The position numbers and the translations under genes are program-made. This document shows positions 49,183-58,125 of a stretch of DNA of 64,000 nucleotides, piece after piece. The stretch's first letter is position 1. Each line of letters opens with the position of its first letter. Source of the DNA: Paludibacteraceae bacterium (GTDB lineage: Bacteria > Bacteroidota > Bacteroidia > Bacteroidales > UBA932); the NCBI GenBank assembly GCA_963637465.1, contig CAVHNN010000002.1, positions 22,347 through 86,346 of the forward strand, written 5' to 3'. The notes beneath the pieces were generated by a model. It saw only the letters and a program-made list of their open reading frames with translations, did not search any database and was not told the origin of the DNA.

Positions 49183-50628
49183 TCATTCGAAAAAACTGTC
49201 CTTGAAATTGACCAGATAAACTTTCTTGACCGCCCTGGTGATGGCGGTGTATAGCCACTTGACGTCGTCCAGACTCTGCTCCGGCTGCCAGAAGGGGTTG
49301 TCCACGAAGACACAGTCCCACTGGCCGCCCTGCGACTTGTGGCAGGTGATGGCTTCGGCGTATTTGAGCTGGAGGGCGTTGAAATATTTGTCTTCACGCA
49401 CCGCCTGCCAGATTCTCCTCTTGCTGCCCAGCTCGGCATAGTCGGCGCTGACTCCCTGATACAGAGCATCCTGCTGCTCGCGGGTCAAAGCCGGCGACTC
49501 TGACTGGAGGGTATCCAGACACACCTTGGCCCGGACGGAGACGCCGTCGTAGTCCGGGAAGTCGAGAAGCGCGTCGGCAAAATGCAGGCCGTAGCGCTCT
49601 TCGCGGGAGGAAATCTTCACGAGTTTGGCTATGTCCCCGTTGGCGATGTAATCCAGGCCCGGGATGTCCTCCACGAACTGATAGCAGTTCTTGACTATCA
49701 TCAGCCTGTCCCCCCTCAGCAGTGGCTCCTCCTTGAACTGCACCATCCCCCGGATTCCCGCGTTGTAGCGGTTGGCCCTCTTGTTGGAGCGGCAGAGCAC
49801 GACCGTGCCGTCTTCGCCGTAGCGGGAATATGCGTCGGAAAGGGTGTCGAGGAGCTCCCCTCCTCCAACCCGCTCCACGTCGTCCAGCCCCCTGAGGTCG
49901 AGTCTGAGGTCATCGAACAGCTCATCCGGGGAAGCGGCCGCGATCCGCTCCCGAAGCAGGGTGGCGTTGCGCAGTATGCCGGATTCCCTCTCCTGCCGCA
50001 CCACGGAGCTGAGAGTGGAGTATCTCACTCCCCCGAAGCCGTCCATATACTCGCGGCTCAACGCCGGGGAGGCCTCCATCCCCACCGGAGGCAGCTGGGC
50101 GGCGTCCCCCACCAGCACAAGACGGCAATCGTCCCCGGAACGGACGAAGCTTATCAGATCCTCCAGCAGGTTGCCGGTGCCGAAAAGCGCGGCCGAATCG
50201 CCCTGCCGGGAAGAGTCTATCCCTATCAGCGACACCTCGTCCACTATGAAGAGCGTCCGCGCGAACTTGTTGGGGGCGAGGGAGAAACTGCCGTAGCCGT
50301 TGGAGCCCACCGACTTCTGCCGGTAGATGCGCTTGTGTATGGTGAAAGCCGGCCGGCCGCTCACGGAGGAGAGAACCTTGGCGGCGCGCCCCGTCGGAGC
50401 GAGGAGCACCGACTTCACCCCGAAATCCTTGAAAGCGGCGGTGACGGCGGCCATGGCGCTGGTCTTTCCCGTCCCGGCGTAGCCGTTCACGACCAGTATG
50501 TCCGCATCATCGCAGACAGCAAACGAAGCCACGTCCCGCAGGAGCGCATCCTGGCAGGGGGTCGGTTCCATGGCGAAACGTTCCCTGAAGCGGGAGTACA
50601 GCATTTCCGCACGATCCCCTCCCATCAT
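49183..50628 (-). CDS. RecD-like (SF1) DNA helicase / AAA_30 ATPase
   Basis: 481 aa with Walker A GYAGTGKTS, LAPTGRAAKVL, and a C-terminal AITCHKSQGGQWD (UvrD_C_2-like). ATGA overlap with trkH. Confidence 0.8.
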   Translation of the reverse strand: MMGGDRAEMLYSRFRERFAMEPTPCQDALLRDVASFAVCDDADILVVNGYAGTGKTSAMAAVTAAFKDFGVKSVLLAPTGRAAKVLSSVSGRPAFTIHKRIYRQKSVGSNGYGSFSLAPNKFARTLFIVDEVSLIGIDSSRQGDSAALFGTGNLLEDLISFVRSGDDCRLVLVGDAAQLPPVGMEASPALSREYMDGFGGVRYSTLSSVVRQERESGILRNATLLRERIAAASPDELFDDLRLDLRGLDDVERVGGGELLDTLSDAYSRYGEDGTVVLCRSNKRANRYNAGIRGMVQFKEEPLLRGDRLMIVKNCYQFVEDIPGLDYIANGDIAKLVKISSREERYGLHFADALLDFPDYDGVSVRAKVCLDTLQSESPALTREQQDALYQGVSADYAELGSKRRIWQAVREDKYFNALQLKYAEAITCHKSQGGQWDCVFVDNPFWQPEQSLDDVKWLYTAITRAVKKVYLVNFKDSFFE

Positions 50629-52073
50629 CCCTTTCTCCTGTCAAAAATCATCGCCACGACGGCCAGCACCGGGTAAACCTCCACCCGGCCCAGAAACATG
50701 TCGAGCGAGAATATCATCTTTCCCGCCATCGGCACGGAATTGAAAGAACCCATCGTGCCGAGCGCCCCGCAGCCCGGGCCCACGTTGCTGAGGCTCATCA
50801 CGGTGGACACGAAAGAATTTTCGGTATCCACCCCCGCGCACAGGCACAAGAACACCGACACGAGGGCGAGAAAAGCATACACGCACAGATACAGCAGGTG
50901 CGGAGACACTTCGGAGTCTCCGAGCACCCTCCGGCCCATCCTCACTTCATTGACGGAGGAAGGATGGAGAATGTTGTTGACATAACGGCCCACGCTCTTG
51001 AGCAGCAGCAGAATCCTGTCCACCTTGACGCCGCCGGAAGTCGAACCGGCGCTGCCGCAGACCACCCCGGCGAGCATCATCAGGGCCATCATCCACATCG
51101 GCCAGGAGGCGTTGTCCACGATGGCGAACCCTGTCGTGGAGGAGACGCAGAGCGTGCTGAAAAGACCCTGCCAGAGCGCCGTCCCCCAAGCTCCGGCCGT
51201 CCCCCGAAGTCCGGCGGAGAGAATCAGCGCTGTCACGAGGATGGAGATCGTGTAGAACTTTATCACGGGATTCCTGAAAGGCCTCAGGGACCGTGTCACG
51301 AAGGAGATGTAAATCAAGCCGAAGTGAATGGAAGCCAGATACATGAACAGCATCGTGAGAGCCTCCACCGTCCGGGAGCCGAAAGCCCCGATGGACGCTG
51401 TCCTGGTGCTGAAGCCTCCGGTGGCCGCGACGCTCATCGCATGGCAGACCGCATCGAAGGGGCTCATCCCGGCTAGAAAATAGCTTATCGCGGCCAGCAC
51501 GAACAGCGCTATATATACGTAGGCGAATATGTGCACTATCTTGTTGGGACGGGTGGAATAGCCCGAACGGCTGAGGGTCGTCAGCTCCATGTTGGTGAGC
51601 CGCATGCGCATCGGGCTGGACTCCGGGATGACCAGAAGCAGGAAGACCACGACTCCGAGTCCGCCGATGAAGTGCGTCGAAGAGCGCCAGAAAAGCAGGC
51701 TCCGGGGAAGAGCCTCGACATTGTCCAGAATGGTCGCGCCGCAGGTGGTGAAGCCGCTGACGGACTCGAACCAGGCGTTCTGGAGGGTGAACGGCCCGCC
51801 CCACAGGGCGTAGGGCAGCATCCCGAACACGAATGACAGAAGCCACGAGAGGGTGATGATCACGTAACCCTCCTTGAGGCTGATGGCGGATGTCCTCCGG
51901 ACGAAGATGAACGGGAAAATCCCGACTATGAAAGTGATCAGGAACGATATCGACAGCGCCGCAAGGGCGGAATCGTTGCCGCCGCCCATCGAAACGAAGA
52001 CAGAGAGGAGCATGAAAAGGGCGCTAACGAGCAGCGCGCTCCCTATGTTGCGGCTTATGACCTTCCAGTTCAT
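50625..52073 (-). CDS. trkH: TrkH family potassium uptake protein
   Basis: 482 aa polytopic membrane protein with repeated pore-loop GGFST/TTGF-type motifs. Confidence 0.88.
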   Translation of the reverse strand: MNWKVISRNIGSALLVSALFMLLSVFVSMGGGNDSALAALSISFLITFIVGIFPFIFVRRTSAISLKEGYVIITLSWLLSFVFGMLPYALWGGPFTLQNAWFESVSGFTTCGATILDNVEALPRSLLFWRSSTHFIGGLGVVVFLLLVIPESSPMRMRLTNMELTTLSRSGYSTRPNKIVHIFAYVYIALFVLAAISYFLAGMSPFDAVCHAMSVAATGGFSTRTASIGAFGSRTVEALTMLFMYLASIHFGLIYISFVTRSLRPFRNPVIKFYTISILVTALILSAGLRGTAGAWGTALWQGLFSTLCVSSTTGFAIVDNASWPMWMMALMMLAGVVCGSAGSTSGGVKVDRILLLLKSVGRYVNNILHPSSVNEVRMGRRVLGDSEVSPHLLYLCVYAFLALVSVFLCLCAGVDTENSFVSTVMSLSNVGPGCGALGTMGSFNSVPMAGKMIFSLDMFLGRVEVYPVLAVVAMIFDRRKG

Positions 52074-52885
52074 CTGCGGATCTCCTTGATTCTGCGCCTC
52101 AGCTGCTGATTTTCCCCGGCTATCTCGGATATCCCCTCATTGAGCTCTGAGAGCTGGTCGTCGCCCTCGAAACGCACAGTGTATCTCTTGTCCGAAAGAC
52201 GATAGGCGTTGAGACCGTCCAGCATCCTGCAGAGGGGGTTGACATAGTAGGCAAGGATGAAGAAGAGCAGCATCAGGACGAGCATCAGCCCCACCCCGAC
52301 GGCCACGATTCCGGGGATTATGCTGCGGTAGAAGCCCCGCTCGAAGGTGGCGGAGTTCCTGCCGAGATCCTGGTACATCGCGGAGGTGAGCTTGTCCAGG
52401 TCGGAGCGCAGGCGGTCATAACGCGGCTGCAGCCGCTCGAAATACCACGAGCGGGAGTCGATGAAGTCGGACTGGATCACGTCCTCAAGCTCCATGGAGG
52501 TCAACATATATGCCGCATAGCTGTACATGACGGAGTCTGCGAGCGGAGCCGCATGGTTGAGCGCGGCCTTCATCCGCAGCGAATCGCAATGCAGCTTGAA
52601 GTATTCGTCGTCGAAAGAAGGCAGCCTGCCGGCGGAGCCGTTGTCCCCTATCGCTTCGAGGATGTCGAGGTTGTAGGCGTTCCCCATGCCGGCGAGCCTG
52701 CTTGCGACGTTGATGCTGCTTATGTCGTCAGCGATGAGGCTTGAGACGTAGTTGCTCATTCTGGAGTACTCCATCACGGATATGATGGAGGATACGAGAA
52801 GTATCGCAGCTATCGACAGAAGGCTCAGGATAAGCTTGGACTTCAAAGTCAGGCGAAAAGATCTGATCGACTTCAGAACGGTCAT
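52070..52885 (-). CDS. Membrane sensor stub: two TM helices, periplasmic helical domain and HAMP-like segment, no output domain
   Basis: 271 aa. TM1 at about residues 18-38, a ~170 aa helical periplasmic region, TM2, then NPLCRMLDGL...QLSELNEGISEIAGENQQL. ATGA overlap with trkH. Confidence 0.6.
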   Translation of the reverse strand: MTVLKSIRSFRLTLKSKLILSLLSIAAILLVSSIISVMEYSRMSNYVSSLIADDISSINVASRLAGMGNAYNLDILEAIGDNGSAGRLPSFDDEYFKLHCDSLRMKAALNHAAPLADSVMYSYAAYMLTSMELEDVIQSDFIDSRSWYFERLQPRYDRLRSDLDKLTSAMYQDLGRNSATFERGFYRSIIPGIVAVGVGLMLVLMLLFFILAYYVNPLCRMLDGLNAYRLSDKRYTVRFEGDDQLSELNEGISEIAGENQQLRRRIKEIRR

Positions 52886-52895
52886 TCCAACTCAA

Positions 52896-52947
52896 GTTTC
52901 GCAAGTAATTTATTGTAAAATAAGCATTGTGCAGGTACTTGCAAAAC
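52896..52947. promoter_or_regulatory. Long inverted repeat GTTTCGCAAGT-N30-ACTTGCAAAAC
   Basis: 10 of 11 bp complementary arms. Begins 10 nt upstream of the sensor-stub start codon. Confidence 0.5.
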
Positions 52948-53001
52948 CTTTCCCTCCCGCACAAGCTTCGCTTATTGTTATCACGTCACCCTTTTCCTAA
53001 A

Positions 53002-53022
53002 TCCCTTTCCTCGGGAAAGGGA
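53002..53022. other. Perfect 9 bp hairpin TCCCTTTCC-tcg-GGAAAGGGA
   Basis: Read directly from the sequence. Lies in a divergent intergenic region where no terminator is expected. Confidence 0.6.
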
Positions 53023-53031
53023 CTTACATTC

Positions 53032-53044
53032 GGCCCTGCGGGCC
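53032..53044. other. GC hairpin GGCCC-tgc-GGGCC
   Basis: Read directly from the sequence. Confidence 0.5.
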
Positions 53045-53055
53045 TCTAAAACCGT

Positions 53056-53073
53056 GTTTCGCAAGTGCGAAAC
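53056..53073 (+). other. Hairpin GTTTCGC-aagt-GCGAAAC followed by a T-rich tract
   Basis: 7 bp perfect stem. Its left arm repeats the GTTTCGCAAGT box at 52896. Followed by TTAAAATTCTATTTTTT. Confidence 0.5.
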
Positions 53074-53075
53074 TT

Positions 53076-53099
53076 AAAATTCTATTTTTTCAGAATTTT
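53076..53099. promoter_or_regulatory. AT-rich palindrome AAAATTCT-N8-AGAATTTT, candidate operator
   Basis: Perfect 8 bp inverted repeat, about 35-60 nt upstream of the -7 box of the ROK regulator gene. Confidence 0.4.
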
Positions 53100-53133
53100 T
53101 TACAAATGTATAATATTTTTATAGTATATTTTA

Positions 53134-53141
53134 TATTTTTG
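53134..53141 (+). promoter_or_regulatory. Candidate -7 box (TATTTTTG) for the ROK regulator gene
   Basis: Exact TAnnTTTG, 22 nt upstream of the ATG at 53164. Confidence 0.4.
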
Positions 53142-53163
53142 CATACCAATTAAAACAAACACG

Positions 53164-54366
53164 ATGACATCGTCCTTTCTTAATGACTTAACAGGCAAAA
53201 ACGCCCAGACAAAACGGGAGATACTCCGTCTTTGCATCAAGAACAACAATTCGAGCATCGCCGACTTCAGCAGGGCGCTTGGGATAAGCGTGCCCACCAT
53301 CACCAAACTGATAGCGGAGCTGATGGCGGAGAACTTCCTGCAGGACGAAGGCAAAGTGGGGACCAGCGGCGGCCGCCGGCCGAGCGTTTACGGACTCAAC
53401 CCGGAAGCCGGATATTTCGTGGGGGTGGATATCGCGAGGCATCATTTCCACATCGGCATCAGCAACTTCAAGGGCGAGATAGTCAACTTCATCCAGGACA
53501 TCGAGTTCGTCCTCGAAGCCAACGAGCTGTCGTTCCGGACAATCTGCCGCATGGTCAAGGACGAGGTCACGAAAAGCGGGATACCCTGGATCAAGGTTCT
53601 CGGCGTGGGAGTCAGCCTCTCGGGCCGCGTGAATCCGGAGAAGGGCTACAGCCTGACCTATTTCGTGAGCGACGACATTCCTCTCAAGAACATCTTCCAG
53701 AAAGAGTTCAACGTCCCGGTCAACATCGAGAACGACTCGCGCGCGATGGCCTACGGAGAATACATGACCCTCGGAGACAAGGCCGACAAGAACATGATTT
53801 TCATCAACCTCAGCTGGGGTCTCGGAATGGGGATCATCACCGACGGGAAGCTCTACTACGGCAAGTCGGGCTATTCCGGAGAGATAGGCCACTTCCCGGC
53901 CCTGAGCAACGACATCATCTGCCGCTGCGGCAAGGTCGGATGCCTTGAGACGGGGGCCTCGGGTTCGGCCCTGCACAGGATGATGGTCGAGGAGCTGAAG
54001 AAAGGACACTCCTCCTCGCTGCTCAAGCCGTTCAGCCGGAAGGGGGACATCGAGCTTGACGAGATTCTCACCGCCGTGGAGATGGGCGACGTGCTGGCCA
54101 TTGACGGAATCGGCAACGTCGGCGACACCCTCGGAAGAGGAATCGCCGGAGTCCTCAACGTGTTCAACCCGGGACTCGTGGTGATCGGCGGACGGCTCAT
54201 CGTCGGCAAGGACTACCTGCTCCTGCCCATCAAGACCGCCGTCAACAGGCTCTGCCTCTCCAGGGTTTCTTCGGACACGTCGATAGTGCTCTCGCAGCTT
54301 GACCGCCGCGCCGCCGCCGTGGGGGACTGCCTGCTCTCCAGAGGCAAAGTTCTCGGCATCATTTAG
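53164..54366 (+). CDS. ROK family transcriptional regulator
   Basis: 400 aa. N-terminal winged HTH (ILRLCIKNNNSSIADFSRALGISVPTITKLIAEL), a ROK sugar-kinase-like body and the CxCGxxGCLE zinc motif. Confidence 0.88.
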   Translation: MTSSFLNDLTGKNAQTKREILRLCIKNNNSSIADFSRALGISVPTITKLIAELMAENFLQDEGKVGTSGGRRPSVYGLNPEAGYFVGVDIARHHFHIGISNFKGEIVNFIQDIEFVLEANELSFRTICRMVKDEVTKSGIPWIKVLGVGVSLSGRVNPEKGYSLTYFVSDDIPLKNIFQKEFNVPVNIENDSRAMAYGEYMTLGDKADKNMIFINLSWGLGMGIITDGKLYYGKSGYSGEIGHFPALSNDIICRCGKVGCLETGASGSALHRMMVEELKKGHSSSLLKPFSRKGDIELDEILTAVEMGDVLAIDGIGNVGDTLGRGIAGVLNVFNPGLVVIGGRLIVGKDYLLLPIKTAVNRLCLSRVSSDTSIVLSQLDRRAAAVGDCLLSRGKVLGII

Positions 54367-54372
54367 AAGCTG

Positions 54373-56136
54373 ATGGCAAGTTATCTCCAGATCGAGAACA
54401 TCTCCAAGTCCTATGGACAGAAGATGCTCTTTGAAAATATAGGCTTCAATGTCAACGAGGGGGACAAGATAGCCCTCGTGGCTCCGAACGGCACCGGCAA
54501 GACGACGCTGCTGCGTATTCTCGCGGGACGGGATTCCTCCGACTCCGGAGGCAAGGTCATCTTCCTGAAAGACATCAGGATAGCCTTCCTTGAGCAGGAT
54601 TACGACTACGACCCCGGGCTCGGTATCATGGAGCAGATACTCCGCCACAGCCGCAGGATGCCCTGGGACTTCCATCAGGAGAACCTCGAGGCGTTCGGGC
54701 GCAAGGCGGTGGAATTGCTGACCTCGTTCCGCCTCCCCGACCCTTCCAAAAAGATGGGGGAACTTTCCGGAGGCGAAGTCAAGAGAGTGGCTCTCAGCGA
54801 GATGCTCGCATCCGAAGCGGATTTCCTGATAATGGACGAACCCACCAATCACCTTGACATCGAGGCGGTGGAGTTTCTCGAAGACTACCTGAAACGCAGC
54901 CGCCGCACCCTGCTGATGGTGACGCACGACAGGTATTTCCTCGACAGGGTCTGCAATATCGTGATGGAGCTCGACCACGGGGCCGTCTACAGTTACAAAG
55001 GTGACTATCAGAACTACCTTGAGAAACGGGACAGCCGCATCGCCTCCTACAACGCGGAGACGGACAAGGTGCGCAACCTGCTCCGCAGAGAGCTGGAGTG
55101 GATACACGCCACCCCCTGCGCCCGCTCCGGCAAGGCCAAATACCGCATCAACGCCTTCCACGAACTCTCGGAGCGCGCCTCCCAAGCTTACAGCACGAAG
55201 AGCGTCAGCCTCGAAGGCGTCGGGGAAGCCTCCCGTCTGGGCAGCAAGATCATCAACTGCAAGGGAGTCGATTACCTTTGGGAGGGCCGCTGCCTCCTCA
55301 AGGATTTCAGCTACAATTTCCAAAGATACGACAAGGTCGGAATCGTGGGCCGCAACGGCATAGGCAAGTCCACCTTCCTCGGCCTGCTCACGGGCGAGAT
55401 ACAGCCCGCTGCGGGCATAATAGAGCGCGGAGAGTCGCTCGTCATCGGTTACTACCGGCAGAACGGCATGCAGTTCAACGACAACGACAGCGTGCTCGAC
55501 ATCGTGAGCGACCCCAGGCTGCTCGGACGCTTCCTGTTCCCGCACGACGCGCTGACCACGCCCGTCTCCAGACTCTCCGGAGGCGAGAGGCGCCGTCTGT
55601 ACCTGCTGACCATCCTGATGCGCAACCCCAACCTGCTGATTCTCGACGAGCCGACCAACGATCTGGACATCGTGACCCTCAACCTGCTCGAAGAGTATCT
55701 GTCCGAGTACGGCGGCAGCCTCATCGTCGTCAGCCACGACAGGCACTTCCTCGACAGGGTGACAAGCCACCTTCTGGTCTTCTGCGGAGACGGTGTGGTC
55801 AAGGATTTCGTGGGGAGCTTCAGCGAATACCGCGCCTATATCAAAGATTATGAGGCGGCTCTCAAGAGCGACAGAGAAAGCAGGAAGAAAGCGCCCGCAG
55901 CCCCGAAAGCCCCGGCGCAGGAAAGGCCGAGGAAACTCAGCTACAAGGAAAGCCGCGAGCTGGAGGACATCGAGAAGGCCCTTCCGAAGCTCGAAGAGGA
56001 GAAGGCCGCCCTGGAGGCTCTCATGAGCTCGGGGAATGCGGACTACGAACAGCTGCAGAAGAGCTCCTCGCGGATGGAAGAACTTCTGTCCGAAATAGAC
56101 TCTCTGGAAACCCGCTGGCTGGAACTTCAGCCTTAG
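54373..56136 (+). CDS. ABC-F family ATPase (two ABC cassettes, C-terminal coiled coil)
   Basis: 587 aa with two Walker A sites (APNGTGKTT, GRNGIGKST) and two LSGGE signatures. No TM segments. Confidence 0.88.
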   Translation: MASYLQIENISKSYGQKMLFENIGFNVNEGDKIALVAPNGTGKTTLLRILAGRDSSDSGGKVIFLKDIRIAFLEQDYDYDPGLGIMEQILRHSRRMPWDFHQENLEAFGRKAVELLTSFRLPDPSKKMGELSGGEVKRVALSEMLASEADFLIMDEPTNHLDIEAVEFLEDYLKRSRRTLLMVTHDRYFLDRVCNIVMELDHGAVYSYKGDYQNYLEKRDSRIASYNAETDKVRNLLRRELEWIHATPCARSGKAKYRINAFHELSERASQAYSTKSVSLEGVGEASRLGSKIINCKGVDYLWEGRCLLKDFSYNFQRYDKVGIVGRNGIGKSTFLGLLTGEIQPAAGIIERGESLVIGYYRQNGMQFNDNDSVLDIVSDPRLLGRFLFPHDALTTPVSRLSGGERRRLYLLTILMRNPNLLILDEPTNDLDIVTLNLLEEYLSEYGGSLIVVSHDRHFLDRVTSHLLVFCGDGVVKDFVGSFSEYRAYIKDYEAALKSDRESRKKAPAAPKAPAQERPRKLSYKESRELEDIEKALPKLEEEKAALEALMSSGNADYEQLQKSSSRMEELLSEIDSLETRWLELQP

Positions 56137-56172
56137 AAGCCGCAGCTTCTTAGAAGTTAAGGATATATTTCT

Positions 56173-56180
56173 TACCTTTG
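56173..56180 (+). promoter_or_regulatory. Candidate -7 box (TACCTTTG) for the TerC gene
   Basis: Exact TAnnTTTG, about 70 nt upstream of the ATG at 56250. Confidence 0.4.
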
Positions 56181-56249
56181 CGCCCGGCTTCTTTTCCCAT
56201 GCGCCCCGCACGGGCCGGAAGGGAGGAAATTCGTTTTAAAAAAGAACAA

Positions 56250-57245
56250 ATGATGACAACTGAAGTGTTGTTTCTGGTCGGCTTCGTGATTTTCATAGCG
56301 GCCATATTGGTGTTGGACATGCTGGTCATCGACCGCGACGCGCACGTCGTGTCCATCAAGGAAGCGGGCATCTGGACAGGAGTATGGATTGCTCTGGCTC
56401 TCGTCTTCGCCGTCTTTCTGTATTTCCATGGAGACATGGTGCACGGCATCAGGAACTTCCAGGACCTGCAGGCGGTGGCGTCGCGCTATGCCGCCCATAT
56501 CACCCTCAACCCCGACGATTTCGAGGAGAGCCTGCAGCAGTACCGCCACTATATGGCCATCTCATATATTTCGGGTTATCTGATAGAAAAGACGCTGTCG
56601 GTGGACAATCTCTTCGTTATGATGATGATATTCGCATCGTTCGGCATTGACAAGAAAGACTACCAGCACGCCCTCAACTGGGGTATTCTGGGAGCCATCG
56701 TCCTGCGCTTCATCTTCATCTTCGCAGGTGCCGCCCTCATCAGCCGCTTCGACTGGATACTCCTGATATTCGGCGCGTTCCTGCTGTACAGCGGAGTCAA
56801 GATGTTCGTCAATCGCAACAAGCAGGAGGAGATGAACACCCTGAACCACCCGGTGGTGAAGTTCCTCAACAAGTATTTCCACCTGAAGCCTCTGGTGATA
56901 ACGGTGATATTCATCGAGTTCTGCGACCTGATATTCGCGTTCGACAGCATTCCGGCCGTGTTCTCGGTCACCCTTGACCCTTATGTGGTGTTCTTCTCCA
57001 ACATCTTCGCGATACTCGGCCTGCGGGCCCTCTTCTTCCTGCTGGCGGCCGTCGCGGACAAGTTCCGCTATCTGAAAGTGGGTGTCAGCGTGCTGCTCGT
57101 GTTCATCGGAGTGAAGATGCTCATCCACGAGTATGTGGCGATCGATGCGGTCGCTTCGCTCGTGTTCATCCTCATAGTGCTGGTTGTAAGCATCTGCGCC
57201 TCGATTTTCATACCGGAGCGCGGCACTTCTGAAGAAAAAGCCTAG
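56250..57245 (+). CDS. TerC family integral membrane protein
   Basis: Start at ATG 56250 (MMTTEVLFLVGFVIF...). Multiple TM helices and the characteristic EKTLSVDNLFV and FAFDSIPAVF blocks. Confidence 0.85.
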   Translation: MMTTEVLFLVGFVIFIAAILVLDMLVIDRDAHVVSIKEAGIWTGVWIALALVFAVFLYFHGDMVHGIRNFQDLQAVASRYAAHITLNPDDFEESLQQYRHYMAISYISGYLIEKTLSVDNLFVMMMIFASFGIDKKDYQHALNWGILGAIVLRFIFIFAGAALISRFDWILLIFGAFLLYSGVKMFVNRNKQEEMNTLNHPVVKFLNKYFHLKPLVITVIFIEFCDLIFAFDSIPAVFSVTLDPYVVFFSNIFAILGLRALFFLLAAVADKFRYLKVGVSVLLVFIGVKMLIHEYVAIDAVASLVFILIVLVVSICASIFIPERGTSEEKA

Positions 57246-57281
57246 CGGCGCGCACGCTGCGCTTAATAGATTCTGCTCAAA

Positions 57282-58073
57282 CTATCTGAAAATGTCGTTC
57301 AGCACTGAGGCGAGGCGAAGGCCGGCCCGAAGAAGCTGAGTTTCAATGACCGGAGCCCAGGTGCTCACATAATCATAAGAGAGCTTGGAGCCGACGGGGG
57401 TGGAGTCATAGACCGACTTGCATATCCGGTAAGTCTCCTCTCCCCAGGATTCCGGAGTTCCGGCGGCAATCTCCCGGTTCACTTCCTTGCCGTTGGTGTC
57501 GATCTGCTCGACCCACTCGGTATAGGTCCACTTGTGGGCGCTCTCCACAATCGAGGAGTCCCAGATGGAATGGAGGTTGGTGCCGCTGTTGAAATAGCGC
57601 AGCTGCCAGGAGTTGCCGCCCCGGTCGGACTTGTGCCCCATGTGCATCGGGCAGTGCAGGTCTCCCATGAGATGAACCAGGAATTTGAGAGAAAGAGCCT
57701 GCTCCTCCTTGCTCAGCTTCCCGCTTTTCAAGGCGGCGATCTGCTCGTTTATGGCCCTGATGACATCCCCGTTTTCGTTGAGGGCGGCATCGGAAAAAGT
57801 CTCGTCGGCGTCGATGTTCTTGTAGTGCCAGGTGCTCGTGTATTTGTACTCCGGAGTATGGCTGGCGTTGTCCATCCAGTTGGCCCAATATACGATCGAC
57901 TTCCCGTCCAGAATTTCGGAGATTTTCTTGTCCGCCTTTTTCGTAAGGTGTTTCTGCGCCACGGCGCAGGTCACGTCATGGCCTTTCTGCCCCCAAGAAT
58001 AGCCGGTCACCGACACGGCGAGAAGGCCCGCCGCAAGGCAGAGCCTCTTCAAAATAGTGCTTGTACTTTCCAT
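57282..58073 (-). CDS. S1/P1 nuclease family protein (secreted)
   Basis: Signal peptide then WGQKGHD. Also HYKNID, HLMGDLHCPMH and NLHSIWD zinc-ligand blocks. The ATG at 58073 is preferred over the GTG at 58088. Confidence 0.85.
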   Translation of the reverse strand: MESTSTILKRLCLAAGLLAVSVTGYSWGQKGHDVTCAVAQKHLTKKADKKISEILDGKSIVYWANWMDNASHTPEYKYTSTWHYKNIDADETFSDAALNENGDVIRAINEQIAALKSGKLSKEEQALSLKFLVHLMGDLHCPMHMGHKSDRGGNSWQLRYFNSGTNLHSIWDSSIVESAHKWTYTEWVEQIDTNGKEVNREIAAGTPESWGEETYRICKSVYDSTPVGSKLSYDYVSTWAPVIETQLLRAGLRLASVLNDIFR

Positions 58074-58117
58074 ACCGCAAAGGTGCACAATTTTCTTTAC
58101 ACCTCACCAAAAAATGC

Positions 58118-58125
58118 TAAATTTG
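58118..58125 (+). promoter_or_regulatory. Candidate -7 box (TAAATTTG) for the five-gene RRE operon
   Basis: Exact TAnnTTTG, 29 nt upstream of the ATG at 58155. Confidence 0.45.

Noticed and set aside
54364-54372. TAGAAGCTG immediately before the ABC-F start codon, and TGAAGCTGTG at 49171-49180 before the S9 peptidase start, both resembling the MITE terminus
   Set aside because: Only 8-9 nt match. The orientation relative to the gene differs at 54364, where the match also includes the ROK stop codon. No internal element sequence follows. The matches are most likely chance, or at best a solo-TIR relic that cannot be supported.
56135-56150. Hairpin AGAAGC-cgca-GCTTCT after the ABC-F gene as a terminator
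   Set aside because: It has a 6 bp stem that overlaps the stop codon and no downstream T-tract. That is too weak to call.
53188-56211. 1007 aa ORF on the minus strand
   Set aside because: It lies antisense to the ROK regulator and ABC-F genes, both with clear motifs. Its composition is low-complexity and it has no motifs, so it is a shadow ORF.
56137-56249. yybP-ykoY manganese riboswitch upstream of the TerC gene
   Set aside because: The expected conserved GGGGAGUAG-type core and the four-helix layout were not recognisable. Only a generic GC-rich stem is present. It is kept as a low-interest leader in findings.
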